In this document: one piece after another, positions 19,720 through 29,396 of the stretch
Numbering within the stretch: the stretch's first letter is position 1
Layout of the letters: every line of letters begins with the position of its first letter
Source of the DNA: a virus
IMG/VR virus record: IMGVR_UViG_3300046782_000129
Location: 1 to 64,000 of that record
Reading direction: 5' to 3' (one strand)
DNA: 64,000 bases
The notes under the pieces: model-generated
Database searches by the model: none
What the model saw: only the letters and a program-made list of their open reading frames with translations
Told to the model about the DNA's origin: nothing
Program-made: the position numbers and the translations under genes

Positions 19720-21165
19720 ATGCCGTACTTGAACAGTAAGGGTGAGTGGTGCGCTGGAGTGGGAGGCGCAGGGCTGTCGTGGGGCAGTCCCAGCGGGAGC
19801 CATACGTTGACGGTGGGAAATTCAGGTTCTGCCAATTGGCTGGATGATGATCACGTCATTGGACAAGATTGTAGTGCTGGATCCTGTGTCCTGCGGTCGT
19901 TCAATGTTCGTGACGGTACGTCTTCCGTGGTTGATCCCAAGGGGGCCAACACTTTGTACGCGGGAGGTGGCGTGTGGGCTGCATGGTTGGGCGGCGACGG
20001 CATCAGAAGTTCGACGGGGTACACGTCTCTTGTTGGCGGTTTGGCTGACGTCGGACCAGACGGAGCCATCTGTGTGAAGCGTGATTACCAAGGGGCAGGG
20101 CCGTTTGACGTGTTCGAAGTTGATGGGTCGAATTGGTTGCTGACCAATGGTCTGGCCAACGATCCCCAACTACTGGGCAGTAGAAAGGCGGTGTGGGTCG
20201 AAGACGGTCCTAAGACGACCGGCGCACCCACCCCCAATCCGATGACGCGACCCTTCTGGTGGCTGCGAATGCTATACACCCCAGATCCTGACGGCTGGTG
20301 GTGCATCTATCAGGACAGCACCGGGCGGTTGCTCTTGCACCCGGTGACTTCAAACAAAGGGTATGTGCTGACTGGGGCCGGAAGTCTGACGTACAACCCG
20401 GACTTGGTGCGCCTGTCTGCCACGACCATCCGAGTGGCGTGGTCGGTGACACAGGGAGAAGAGCCTCAGAACATTGTCACGCGGGATATTCAGATTCAGG
20501 TGGATACCCGGACAGAACTCGGCACGGCTACCCCCCCGACGTGGGATCCCAGTCAGGATGCCGGAGCCGGGGGGCCGGGAGGCACGACCGGGGTTTCTGT
20601 GGGGACGGTCACCCTCAGGAGCGAAGGCACGTTTGACGTGGTGGGGGCGGCAGAGGAACTGGTGACGTTGCCCATTGAGGTGTGGCCCGCGTTCCCAGTC
20701 GAGAGCGGTCATGGACGTATCATCCATCCCATTCTCGGGGCCTTTGACTACGAAGTGAAGCCAGACGAGTGGGTGAACATCGATGCGGACGCCATCATCG
20801 CCCCCGTGTGGTCTTCGACTCGGACCCTGACCAGTGCCTCCAACGTCTTGTGGCAGGGCAATCTCCGAGACGTGACCATCGAGGAGCGATGGAAGGCTCT
20901 GGGCGGGTTGTCCATGCCCATCACCCAGCTTCGCATGCTGCTGGCCATCTGGACGACTCCTGTGGATCCAGATGTTGGGTATGTCCAGTGGTTCCCGAAC
21001 TACATTACGAACGTAGGCTTCAAAGTCTTGCCGGTGATGTTGGCGGCGGGAGGTCAAGGCGTTACCTTCGATGACATTGTGAACTACAAGGACGAGGATG
21101 GCGAACCCATTGGCTGGATGACGAATCCCGTGACGTTCACGCTGAAGTTGGTGGGGAGACTGTAA
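19720..21165 (+). CDS. Putative tail-tip protein (beta-rich N-domain, possible distal-tail-like C-domain)
   Basis: 481 aa with Gly-rich linker; synteny. Confidence 0.55.
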   Translation: MPYLNSKGEWCAGVGGAGLSWGSPSGSHTLTVGNSGSANWLDDDHVIGQDCSAGSCVLRSFNVRDGTSSVVDPKGANTLYAGGGVWAAWLGGDGIRSSTGYTSLVGGLADVGPDGAICVKRDYQGAGPFDVFEVDGSNWLLTNGLANDPQLLGSRKAVWVEDGPKTTGAPTPNPMTRPFWWLRMLYTPDPDGWWCIYQDSTGRLLLHPVTSNKGYVLTGAGSLTYNPDLVRLSATTIRVAWSVTQGEEPQNIVTRDIQIQVDTRTELGTATPPTWDPSQDAGAGGPGGTTGVSVGTVTLRSEGTFDVVGAAEELVTLPIEVWPAFPVESGHGRIIHPILGAFDYEVKPDEWVNIDADAIIAPVWSSTRTLTSASNVLWQGNLRDVTIEERWKALGGLSMPITQLRMLLAIWTTPVDPDVGYVQWFPNYITNVGFKVLPVMLAAGGQGVTFDDIVNYKDEDGEPIGWMTNPVTFTLKLVGRL

Positions 21166-23201
21166 TGGACGGAAGGTGGCAACCCATCAGTCCGGATAGC
21201 GCACGTGAGGTGAAGATTGTTCTTCACCCCACGGCGGCGATTTGGGAAGTCCGACGTGGACTGGATCCGGGATCCGATGATTCTATTGATCTGTCCGAGT
21301 TTGTCAAAGATGCCCGACAGACCGCCTTCGACTTCAACGTGACGTTGGTGTTCAACCGCGAGTTGTTCGGGCAGTACCAGCCGAAGCCTAATCAGGTCAT
21401 CGAGATTCAGTTACGTCAAAACGATGAATGGAAGCCGTTGTGGCTGGGCCACATAGACGCCATCAACAGCTTCACCATGTCTCGTGGGGAACGGCAGATG
21501 CAACTGATTGCCAAAACCCGAGACCAGCAGGACATCTGGAGGAATGCCCCACGAGTCTCACCGCTATTCCCCCAGATGACAAATTTCACCTACATGATCC
21601 AGCGCATTGCCCGATCCGCTGAGATGAAGGGGGATGAGATTGTCTTGCCGCCGAGTTCGTTGATGACGGCCCACAGTAACACGCAGTTGGCCGACATGAC
21701 GGCGTGGGACATGGTGTCATCCATTATGGTGGCGTTGGGATGGACGCCCTTCATTGATGCCATCGGTCGGTTACGAGCCGCAGACAAGGGGTTACAAAAT
21801 CGCTCTTCGGACATCAAGCTGACGGATGATCGCATGGTGAAAGTTGGCGGGCAACGTCAACGTCCTCCGGTGAGTCGAATCAAGGTCTCGTGGTTGGACC
21901 CTGAGTTGAAGATGTGGAAGCAGACGGGTCGGAAGTTGGCGGGACCGATTGTCGTGACGCTCGGATGGTTCATGCCTTATTGGAAGGTGCATGTGGATTT
22001 CTCTTCAGACGGGACCCAGCGGGCGACGGGTACCTACAAGAAGATTCTCAACAGCGTGAACACGATAAATGTGCCGGGGTTGAAATTTTGTACGGAGAAC
22101 TGGATTCAGCAGTCTCCGACTGGAGGGAAACTTTCGTTCGTCAATTTCAATACCTACGCTATGTTGTTTTTGTTGACTCAAATGACTCTTCGAACGGCTA
22201 CAAGAGTGGATTTCGTGGCGGGAGCAATACCTGTAGCGACACCGGCAAAGGATGAACTGTACGCTTATGTCACTGGGCTGGGGGAAAGTGTAGGCCCAGT
22301 GATTGGAAATATTGTACAGGTAGGCACTCCTGTTGCTGGGGCATTATACACAGTACCTTCTGTTAAGGGATCTATCTGGGAGAGCATTGCTCACGCAGCG
22401 TTTGCATTAGAAATGATGAACATCGGTACTGGCAGCTATGAAATCTGGGGCGATCCCTACAACTATGTTCACTCCAAGAATGTTTCCGAAGCCTTTGACA
22501 CCTCGGTGCCGACGTGGGTGAATCGTGTCCAAGAAATCAACTGTGATTTCATCACCAATGAAGGCCATGCGAAGGCTGTCGCCACTCGTGAATTGATTTA
22601 CACGGCCCGTTCCGCCAACAAGTGGTCCGTGACCATTGTAGATGATCCCCGCATTGAGTACGGAGACCTCTTAGAGTTTCCCGATGGAAGTCAGTTGTTC
22701 GTGGAAGATTTCACCCGGTCGTTGGGCAGAGGGAGTGAAGCCACGATAGACATCAGTGGGTTCTTGGTCGGACGAGTCGGTGGCGGTGGCAAGATGATCA
22801 CTATCGTGGGAGGCACGCCAGACATTGGGATTGGTGCTCCCGGTCAGCCCGGTGGAGGCCCTGAGGGTGGGACTCCCGGTGCGCCCGGTGCATGGGATGG
22901 TGTGATGGGTTCAGATGCGGCCCATCCGATTGTTGCCATGAGCATTGACCCAGATCAGCTTCGCCGGGATGTGACGGCCAGCTTCAACCACTATGATCCG
23001 ATTGCCCGTGCAGCGGGCATCAGTATCGGCACCATTGATCAGTGGGTAGGGTATGCCTCACAACCAGAATTGTTCAGCAGCATGAAGTGGTACAACGGCT
23101 GGAACAAGTACTGGGAGGATCGGATGGACATCCACAATCCGGGGTTCTCTGGGAGTGCGGATCCGGGGGGTGGTGATCATCCAGCGGTGTATCGAGCGTA
23201 G
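21165..23201 (+). CDS. Putative baseplate hub / tail-tip protein
   Basis: LWLGHIDAI, WTPFIDAIGRLR, DDPRIEYGDLLEF patterns of hub proteins. Confidence 0.65.
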   Translation: MDGRWQPISPDSAREVKIVLHPTAAIWEVRRGLDPGSDDSIDLSEFVKDARQTAFDFNVTLVFNRELFGQYQPKPNQVIEIQLRQNDEWKPLWLGHIDAINSFTMSRGERQMQLIAKTRDQQDIWRNAPRVSPLFPQMTNFTYMIQRIARSAEMKGDEIVLPPSSLMTAHSNTQLADMTAWDMVSSIMVALGWTPFIDAIGRLRAADKGLQNRSSDIKLTDDRMVKVGGQRQRPPVSRIKVSWLDPELKMWKQTGRKLAGPIVVTLGWFMPYWKVHVDFSSDGTQRATGTYKKILNSVNTINVPGLKFCTENWIQQSPTGGKLSFVNFNTYAMLFLLTQMTLRTATRVDFVAGAIPVATPAKDELYAYVTGLGESVGPVIGNIVQVGTPVAGALYTVPSVKGSIWESIAHAAFALEMMNIGTGSYEIWGDPYNYVHSKNVSEAFDTSVPTWVNRVQEINCDFITNEGHAKAVATRELIYTARSANKWSVTIVDDPRIEYGDLLEFPDGSQLFVEDFTRSLGRGSEATIDISGFLVGRVGGGGKMITIVGGTPDIGIGAPGQPGGGPEGGTPGAPGAWDGVMGSDAAHPIVAMSIDPDQLRRDVTASFNHYDPIARAAGISIGTIDQWVGYASQPELFSSMKWYNGWNKYWEDRMDIHNPGFSGSADPGGGDHPAVYRA

Positions 23202-23208
23202 GTGAGAC

Positions 23209-23823
23209 ATGGCTGTTCTAACAGATTTAGCGTCCGCAGAAATCAAACGCACGACGCTGAAGCTTTATGGCGTGACGACCACTCGTCCGACGATTTTTCT
23301 CTCGGATGGATTGAACACCACTTACGTAGTGGACGTGAACATCGGGGAACTAGACCCGACAGGAACAATCAATCAGTATTTTGCCCAGAAAAAAGATGGT
23401 TCGCTGGATAAGCACGGGAAGTTTACTAATTCAGGACTCATCACCGGGATACCCGGTCAGCCCCCAGAGGATTGGCAGTTAGATGATTCACTACCGGGGC
23501 ATATTGACACCACGATGCACAACGTGGCCTTGGCTCGGAACAACGCTGAGTTACGGTACGCTGACATCGGTGCCCCAGTCGTCCTGAATCGCTCGGACGC
23601 ATCGTCGGCGTGGGAAGTCTCAGGGTTTTCGATGCTCCAACCGGGCACGCATGTGCTCTATCCCGTGGATCTGGGGGACATGACGATTGGGACGGTGATT
23701 GACCTGACTGTGACCACCCGGTTGTTGACGCTGGCGGAGTTTGGGGAGTGGGCACCCTTCGGCAGCTTAGCGTTGGGGGCGAGTGCGCTCTTCAAAGGTG
23801 GCGAACTGATTAGCGTGGTGTAG
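23209..23823 (+). CDS. Tail-region hypothetical protein
   Basis: AGGTGAG RBS; in operon. Confidence 0.65.
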   Translation: MAVLTDLASAEIKRTTLKLYGVTTTRPTIFLSDGLNTTYVVDVNIGELDPTGTINQYFAQKKDGSLDKHGKFTNSGLITGIPGQPPEDWQLDDSLPGHIDTTMHNVALARNNAELRYADIGAPVVLNRSDASSAWEVSGFSMLQPGTHVLYPVDLGDMTIGTVIDLTVTTRLLTLAEFGEWAPFGSLALGASALFKGGELISVV

Positions 23824-23832
23824 GAGATTTTC

Positions 23833-24924
23833 ATGTCGATTGAACTGCAAACGTTTGCCAGCGGCGACACGGATTACATCTCTAAACTCAATGCCAATGT
23901 GGCGGCGTTGACGGATGCGATTAACGCTCTGCAAACACAAATAGGTTCGATGAGCGGTGGGAGTGCGCTCTCGACGGGCATGCTCATGAACACGCTGTTC
24001 AATGGAGCCGATGCCTTGATTGGCACCACGAGCTATTCTCCCCAGAAGAGTGCCACGACCCTGACGATCCAACCGGGAGGGATGTATCTGGTGACGTCCC
24101 AAACGGTGGTCTCGTCTTTTATTGCCGTGCCGTTGAATTTTACCGGACAGTCTGCGGGGACCTACTACATTGTGGTGGCGACGTCGGGCCAGCCCACCCG
24201 TATGACCACCAAAGATCCGGGGGCTATCTATTCGGTCGTCTGGACAGGATCAGGGTTCGGCCAGATTACGTACCTCGTGCCCATCTTCTACGACACCACC
24301 GAAGCCGATGCGTCCCGAAGAAGCTTGGCGATGAGCACCACTTCTGGTGAGAAGCAATTCAACACGCTGGATGCCCGGATGGAGCAAGCTGAAACTGCGG
24401 CCATGGACGCCGCAGAGTCTGCGGGCAATGCCATGTCCGTGGCCTACGAGTTGGAAGCCTATGTCACGTCGGCCCGGTATCGCAAGGTGGGGATCACGGT
24501 GGACGGCACGACGGGTGTCAAAGGAGCCATCCAGATCGATTTTGGCGGCACTATCGTAGGCTGGAGCATCATCGGCAACATGATTGGCAGTATTCAGGTG
24601 GAGGTGGACTTGCATCCGTCGTCAGCCCCGCCTGCGAATCCAAATGTTCCCAATACTACAACCGACAAGATTTCCGCCAACGCCCCGATCAAGTTGACGG
24701 GCAACAAGTCCGCATCGACAGCAGAGAGTGGCGTGGCCACGTGGATGCATAATTTGGCGAAGTGGGACGTGATCCAGTTCAACGTCATCTCCGTAGACAC
24801 GTTGACGCAGGCCACGTTGTATCTCCGGATCTTGGAAGAGATGCCTTCGCCCCCAGTGATCAATCCGTTAGAAGAACTGGAATTTGATCTATCCCCGTTG
24901 GAATTTCGTGAAGGAGACCGGTAA
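23833..24924 (+). CDS. Putative minor tail / fibre attachment protein
   Basis: AGGAG RBS; coiled-coil segments plus beta-rich C-domain. Confidence 0.6.
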   Translation: MSIELQTFASGDTDYISKLNANVAALTDAINALQTQIGSMSGGSALSTGMLMNTLFNGADALIGTTSYSPQKSATTLTIQPGGMYLVTSQTVVSSFIAVPLNFTGQSAGTYYIVVATSGQPTRMTTKDPGAIYSVVWTGSGFGQITYLVPIFYDTTEADASRRSLAMSTTSGEKQFNTLDARMEQAETAAMDAAESAGNAMSVAYELEAYVTSARYRKVGITVDGTTGVKGAIQIDFGGTIVGWSIIGNMIGSIQVEVDLHPSSAPPANPNVPNTTTDKISANAPIKLTGNKSASTAESGVATWMHNLAKWDVIQFNVISVDTLTQATLYLRILEEMPSPPVINPLEELEFDLSPLEFREGDR

Positions 24925-25964
24925 TGTCCCTGCTATTTATGGACGGCTTTGATCACACAGGTAATGGATCCCCTGATTTGGTGGCTCACGGAAAATGGGG
25001 AGCCAATGTTGGGTTTTCAATTGCATTGACGTCCACAACTACTCAATCCAGAACAGGTGGACATAGTGCCCAGATGTACTATCAGGGGGATGAAACCGAA
25101 ACCAAACCTTATTTGGCCATTGGTGGGTTTGTTGTAGGGATGGCCATACGTTTCAATCAAGCCCCCGGTGGAGGAGACTTTATCCGGATCAAAGAAGGAG
25201 CCACGATTCACCTTGCTTTGGCCATGACAGCCGGGGCTGTCTTACAAGTGAAAGTGGGTTCGACCGTGATTGCAACCGGCATCACGGTACTTCCGATGAA
25301 TTCGTGGGTGTATGTGGAGTTTAAGGGTGTGATTCACGACACCGCTGGGTCATACGAAGTGCATATTGATGGGGTAGCTGAGGCGTCTTTGACTAATGCT
25401 GGTCCAGTGGATACGCGAAATGCCGGGGCTACTGGGCAATGGGATCGAGTGTCTGTATTGCCTACCTCAACAGGATGGACTTCATTTGTTGATGATTTTT
25501 ATCTTTGTGATTTGAGCGGCACGAGTCGTAATGATTTTTTGGGACCAATAAAGATCGACACGTTGATGCCTCAACCGGGAAACGGTACCAACGTAGGGTT
25601 CACTCCCTCCACTGGCACGGATCACGGAGCGTTGGTGGATGAAAATCCTCCGAACACAACGGATTACAACGGGGGGGCCACGGTCGGACTCAAGGACACT
25701 TACAACCTCACCAACCCCACGTTGAGCGGAGCCATTCTCGGTATTCAAGTGAACATGTATGCGGCCAAGTCTGATGTGGGTGGACGAAAAGTCGTTTCAG
25801 TCGTCCGTGTCGGCGGGACAGATTACGATGGTAGTCCAGACCTTCCGTTGATCACCACATTTCAATACGTCTCACAAGTTCGGTCACAGAACCCCGGCAC
25901 CTCCGCCGATTGGACCGTAGCCGATGTCACCGCTCTTGAAGCGGGTATGAAAGTGACGGTGTAG
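24924..25964 (+). CDS. Putative tail fibre/receptor-binding protein (paralog 1)
   Basis: MSLLFMDGFDH, WVYVEFK, DDFYLCD..G..NDFLG, QNPGTSADWT. Confidence 0.65.
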   Translation: MSLLFMDGFDHTGNGSPDLVAHGKWGANVGFSIALTSTTTQSRTGGHSAQMYYQGDETETKPYLAIGGFVVGMAIRFNQAPGGGDFIRIKEGATIHLALAMTAGAVLQVKVGSTVIATGITVLPMNSWVYVEFKGVIHDTAGSYEVHIDGVAEASLTNAGPVDTRNAGATGQWDRVSVLPTSTGWTSFVDDFYLCDLSGTSRNDFLGPIKIDTLMPQPGNGTNVGFTPSTGTDHGALVDENPPNTTDYNGGATVGLKDTYNLTNPTLSGAILGIQVNMYAAKSDVGGRKVVSVVRVGGTDYDGSPDLPLITTFQYVSQVRSQNPGTSADWTVADVTALEAGMKVTV

Positions 25965-25966
25965 CG

Positions 25967-27097
25967 ATGGCCCTGCTGTTCATGGACTCGTTCGACCACT
26001 ACGCCTTTGCTGATTTCACGACAAAATGGACGTCGTTCATTGGTGGTTACAATGGAACTGAAGCGTCGGGTATTGTGGCAACGGCTGGGCGTCGAGGAGG
26101 CTCGGCAGTACGCTTTCAAACCACCGGAACAAGTGCGGGAGCGGTTGGTGGAGCTTTGCTTACACTTCAGCCAACAAGCAACAAAATTGTCGTGGGATTT
26201 GCCTTTACGTCTGTGTCTACGTTTCTTGCATGGGCGATAGCTAATACCGGAGCAGAGGGTAATGGTTTTGGCACCCCTCCGTGCTTGTTGAATGTTCGTA
26301 ATGCGGGGGTGGCGCAAGCATGGATTAGACTAAACACTGATGGGACACTTTCCGCGATGCGTCCCACGAGTGGTTCGGCTTCTGTCACTATAGGCCCACC
26401 AACCAGTGCTTCTCTCGTGCAAGCGGTGTACACCTATATCGAAATTGCCATGACGATTGATGCCACGGTGGGGGCGGTGGCCATTCGATTTAACGGGGTG
26501 ACGGTAATGAACCAGACCGGGGTGAATACCGTGGGGTTCGGAACGGCCTTGAACGCATGGAATGCCATTCGCATCGGACCGATGGGATTTACTGGTGCTC
26601 TTCCTAACGTAGAGATTCGATACGACGATCTGTATGTGTTAGATGGCTCTGGAGCCGCCCCATGGAACACGTTCCTCGGAGATTGCCGAGTAGAAGCGAT
26701 GTCTCCTTCCGGGCCGGGGGCGAATACCGGGTGGACCCCCTCCGCAGGGGCCAATTGGCAATGCGTAGATGACGCGGCTCCGAATGGTGATGCAGACTAT
26801 ACCGCCGCAGCGACGGCGGGGTTGACGGACACGTTTGCCACACAAGATTTATTGGCGGCGGGAACGACCGTGTACGGGGTGCAGCACTGTTTGAGTGCTA
26901 AGAAGGCAGACGCTGGGGCGGCTTCTCTGGCTCCAGTCATTCGCCATGGTGGAACGGATTATCCGGGGGCCGTTCTGAACCCCAACACAGGGTACAACGT
27001 GCTGATGCAGATTGCCCAAGTGAACCCCGGCACCTCCGCCCAGTGGACCATGGCTGACTTCAACGCCGCCGAGTTTGGGTATCGGAGAACGGTCTAG
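25967..27097 (+). CDS. Putative tail fibre/receptor-binding protein (paralog 2)
   Basis: MALLFMDSFDH, YTYIEI, DDLYVLDG..NTFLG, VNPGTSAQWT. Confidence 0.65.
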   Translation: MALLFMDSFDHYAFADFTTKWTSFIGGYNGTEASGIVATAGRRGGSAVRFQTTGTSAGAVGGALLTLQPTSNKIVVGFAFTSVSTFLAWAIANTGAEGNGFGTPPCLLNVRNAGVAQAWIRLNTDGTLSAMRPTSGSASVTIGPPTSASLVQAVYTYIEIAMTIDATVGAVAIRFNGVTVMNQTGVNTVGFGTALNAWNAIRIGPMGFTGALPNVEIRYDDLYVLDGSGAAPWNTFLGDCRVEAMSPSGPGANTGWTPSAGANWQCVDDAAPNGDADYTAAATAGLTDTFATQDLLAAGTTVYGVQHCLSAKKADAGAASLAPVIRHGGTDYPGAVLNPNTGYNVLMQIAQVNPGTSAQWTMADFNAAEFGYRRTV

Positions 27098-27100
27098 ATC

Positions 27101-28765
27101 GTGGCCCTTACTCGCGTTCAAGCTACACCTCAGGCTCGGGGGACCGGCTCAACGGTCGTCATGACGTTTGCGACCCCACCCACCGTGGGGAACGCGATTG
27201 TCGTGCCGTTTGTGATGTACTCGGTGGCGGTTCCTACGTGTACCGATAGCTCCGGGAATAGCTATCAGCTAGTGGCGATCAAAAGAAATGGTACGGGTGC
27301 GGCAGGGGTTTTTGCCTCTCGTAAAGTTGCGGCAACAGGATCGCCCTTTACCGTGACGATTTCCGGAGGATTAGATTACGAAGCGTGTGCGATTGAGGTG
27401 GGTGGAGTCGTCAACTCACTGATAGTCGATCAGACGACAGGACAAACAGGCACCAGTGCGGCTCCGTCCACGGGAAGCACGACAGGATTGTCCAGTGCAA
27501 ACGTGTTTGTAGTGGCGGTCGCTGCTCTTCAAGCCAATCAAACGGCGATTACCGTCGAAGCAGTGACTCCGACGTGGACGCAAGAACTTGAAAACTTCAA
27601 TTACACCGCCACGGTGGCAGGGGAAGCCGATAGCCGAGCGTTGACGGGTGTGCAAAGCACACCACAGAGTTGTAGCTGGACAAATTCTACCACGTCCGCG
27701 TGGTCAGCAGTCATTGTGGCGTTCAGGGAAGCCGCACCGGTCGTGTTACTCATCGGGGCCGAGAGCGGAATTGTTGACGAGAGTTTCTATGCTCGGACCT
27801 TGACCACGGCTGGCAACGCGGCACAGACGACCGCACAGGCCAAATACGGGGTGGGGTCTCTGACTTTCGACGGTATTGGGGATCGAATCGTCGCGGCGAA
27901 TAGTCCTGATTTTGCCTTGGGGACAGGAGACTTTACCGTTGAGGGATGGTTTCGATTTGTTGTCAAGCAAGACAGCCAAGCTCTGTTAGGCCAATGGGGA
28001 TCTGGAGGCAATAGCTGGTATTTCTATGTTCAAGGTGGCCAGTTGGTGTGGACGATAGGAGCCACTTTAGGGTTTACGTGGGCACCAGTTCTTGGCACGT
28101 GGTACCACCTTGCCGTAGATCGAAATGGCACAACCACTCGGATCTACATCAATGGGGCAGTGGTGGCGACGTCTGCCACCATGAACACCATTACGGCCAC
28201 GACGGAAGCTCTGGTTCTGGGAACCATCGGTCAGGCTAACCAATTCGCTAGTTTTGATTTCAACGGTCAGATGGATGAAATTCGGGTTACCAAAGGGGTC
28301 GCCCAGTATGCTGGAGCCTTTACTCCGCCGACTGGTCCCTTTGATCGTGGAACCACGAGTACCGTTGCCATTCGGGTGACGCAAGACACCATCGAGTCGT
28401 TAACTCAACCCGTTCCCGCTCTGAGAGTCACACAAGACACCATCGAGTCGTTAACCCAACCCGTTCCCGCTATCAATGTTACGCAGTTGACGGTGGAGGT
28501 GTTGGGGCAGGCCGCAAATAACTTCGGGACGGACTTGAGTTCTGCTCAAGTATCACAGACAGCCGTTGAAGTGCTGTTTGCTCCAGCTATTTCAAGAGCC
28601 AATCTGTCACAAGTGGCCGTGGAAGTGATGTTTGCTCCTTCGTCCACCCAACCTGCCAAGCTCTCTCAGGTGGCCGTGGAAGTGATGTACCTGCCGGGAC
28701 CCTCAGGGGCCGCAGGCGTCACGGTGTGGATGGGTGAAGTCGGCGGCGTGATCTGGGTGGACTAG
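27101..28765 (+). CDS. LamG/ConA-like lectin domain virion protein
   Basis: DFTVEGW, WYHLAVDRNG..RIYING, FNGQMDEIRVTKG; C-terminal VTQ/SQ.AVEV repeats. Confidence 0.82.
   Translation: MALTRVQATPQARGTGSTVVMTFATPPTVGNAIVVPFVMYSVAVPTCTDSSGNSYQLVAIKRNGTGAAGVFASRKVAATGSPFTVTISGGLDYEACAIEVGGVVNSLIVDQTTGQTGTSAAPSTGSTTGLSSANVFVVAVAALQANQTAITVEAVTPTWTQELENFNYTATVAGEADSRALTGVQSTPQSCSWTNSTTSAWSAVIVAFREAAPVVLLIGAESGIVDESFYARTLTTAGNAAQTTAQAKYGVGSLTFDGIGDRIVAANSPDFALGTGDFTVEGWFRFVVKQDSQALLGQWGSGGNSWYFYVQGGQLVWTIGATLGFTWAPVLGTWYHLAVDRNGTTTRIYINGAVVATSATMNTITATTEALVLGTIGQANQFASFDFNGQMDEIRVTKGVAQYAGAFTPPTGPFDRGTTSTVAIRVTQDTIESLTQPVPALRVTQDTIESLTQPVPAINVTQLTVEVLGQAANNFGTDLSSAQVSQTAVEVLFAPAISRANLSQVAVEVMFAPSSTQPAKLSQVAVEVMYLPGPSGAAGVTVWMGEVGGVIWVD
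28382..28471 (+). repeat. In-frame tandem duplication, 51-bp period
   Basis: 28382-28420 vs 28433-28471 match at 38 of 39 bases (QDTIESLTQPVPA x2). Confidence 0.9.
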
Positions 28766-28781
28766 GCCAAGGAGGGCGGTT

Positions 28782-29195
28782 GTGTTACGGTTCCAGTTTC
28801 CTCAGATAGAGAAAAAGTACGAGCCACCTGTCAATTGTTTGACGCTGACGCGGTATTTCTACCCACTCTCCGAACGGTCGGAGGAACAACTTGGCAAGCA
28901 ATTGCAGCAGGCAGAGGAGGTGGTGTCGTACAACATCGTCCGTCCCTTGCTGGAGCACCAACGGGAGGCGTTACTCTGCCTCGTGTCGGACATCGTGGCC
29001 GGGTTGGCGGCGGCACCGTCCGGGTCGTTTGAGAGAAGTTTCCTCGTCACCTCCATCAATCGTGGCATGTTTCAGATCGCGGCAGCAGAATTCCACACGT
29101 TCTGCTACGCGGATGGCAAGGCCCAGACCCGGCTCTGGGAGAAACGAAAAGCTGAGTCTTACCTCTTCAGTCGAGGGCACTTGCTTTTTGACTAA
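28782..29195 (+). CDS. Atypical GH24 lysozyme-like protein
   Basis: C-lobe pattern PLLEHQREALL...AAAEF...RLWEKRKAESYLF; catalytic N-lobe shortened; AAGGAGG RBS. Confidence 0.65.
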   Translation: MLRFQFPQIEKKYEPPVNCLTLTRYFYPLSERSEEQLGKQLQQAEEVVSYNIVRPLLEHQREALLCLVSDIVAGLAAAPSGSFERSFLVTSINRGMFQIAAAEFHTFCYADGKAQTRLWEKRKAESYLFSRGHLLFD

Positions 29196-29231
29196 CGCCT
29201 TGATAAACTGACAGTCGCCAATGGAGTGCTT

Positions 29232-29396
29232 ATGAACAACGACAAGTTTGCCGAGGAATTTGAGAAGTTGGCGGCGGAAGTTTCCGAGAAAGCCGCCAAG
29301 ATCGAGTGTGCCCCGGACGAGTACCGGGATGGACTCCAAATCATCATCGATACGCTGAAGATCGATCTGCGGGCGTCGGAAGAAACCAGTGCTTGA
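29232..29396 (+). CDS. Small hypothetical protein (54 aa)
   Basis: GGAG RBS; MNNDKFAEEFEK...; not in the ORF track. Confidence 0.55.
   Translation: MNNDKFAEEFEKLAAEVSEKAAKIECAPDEYRDGLQIIIDTLKIDLRASEETSA

Noticed and set aside
13714-28765. Diversity-generating retroelement or shufflon behind the tail paralogs
   Set aside because: No reverse transcriptase or invertase is seen, copies are direct rather than inverted, and differences are not adenine-specific.
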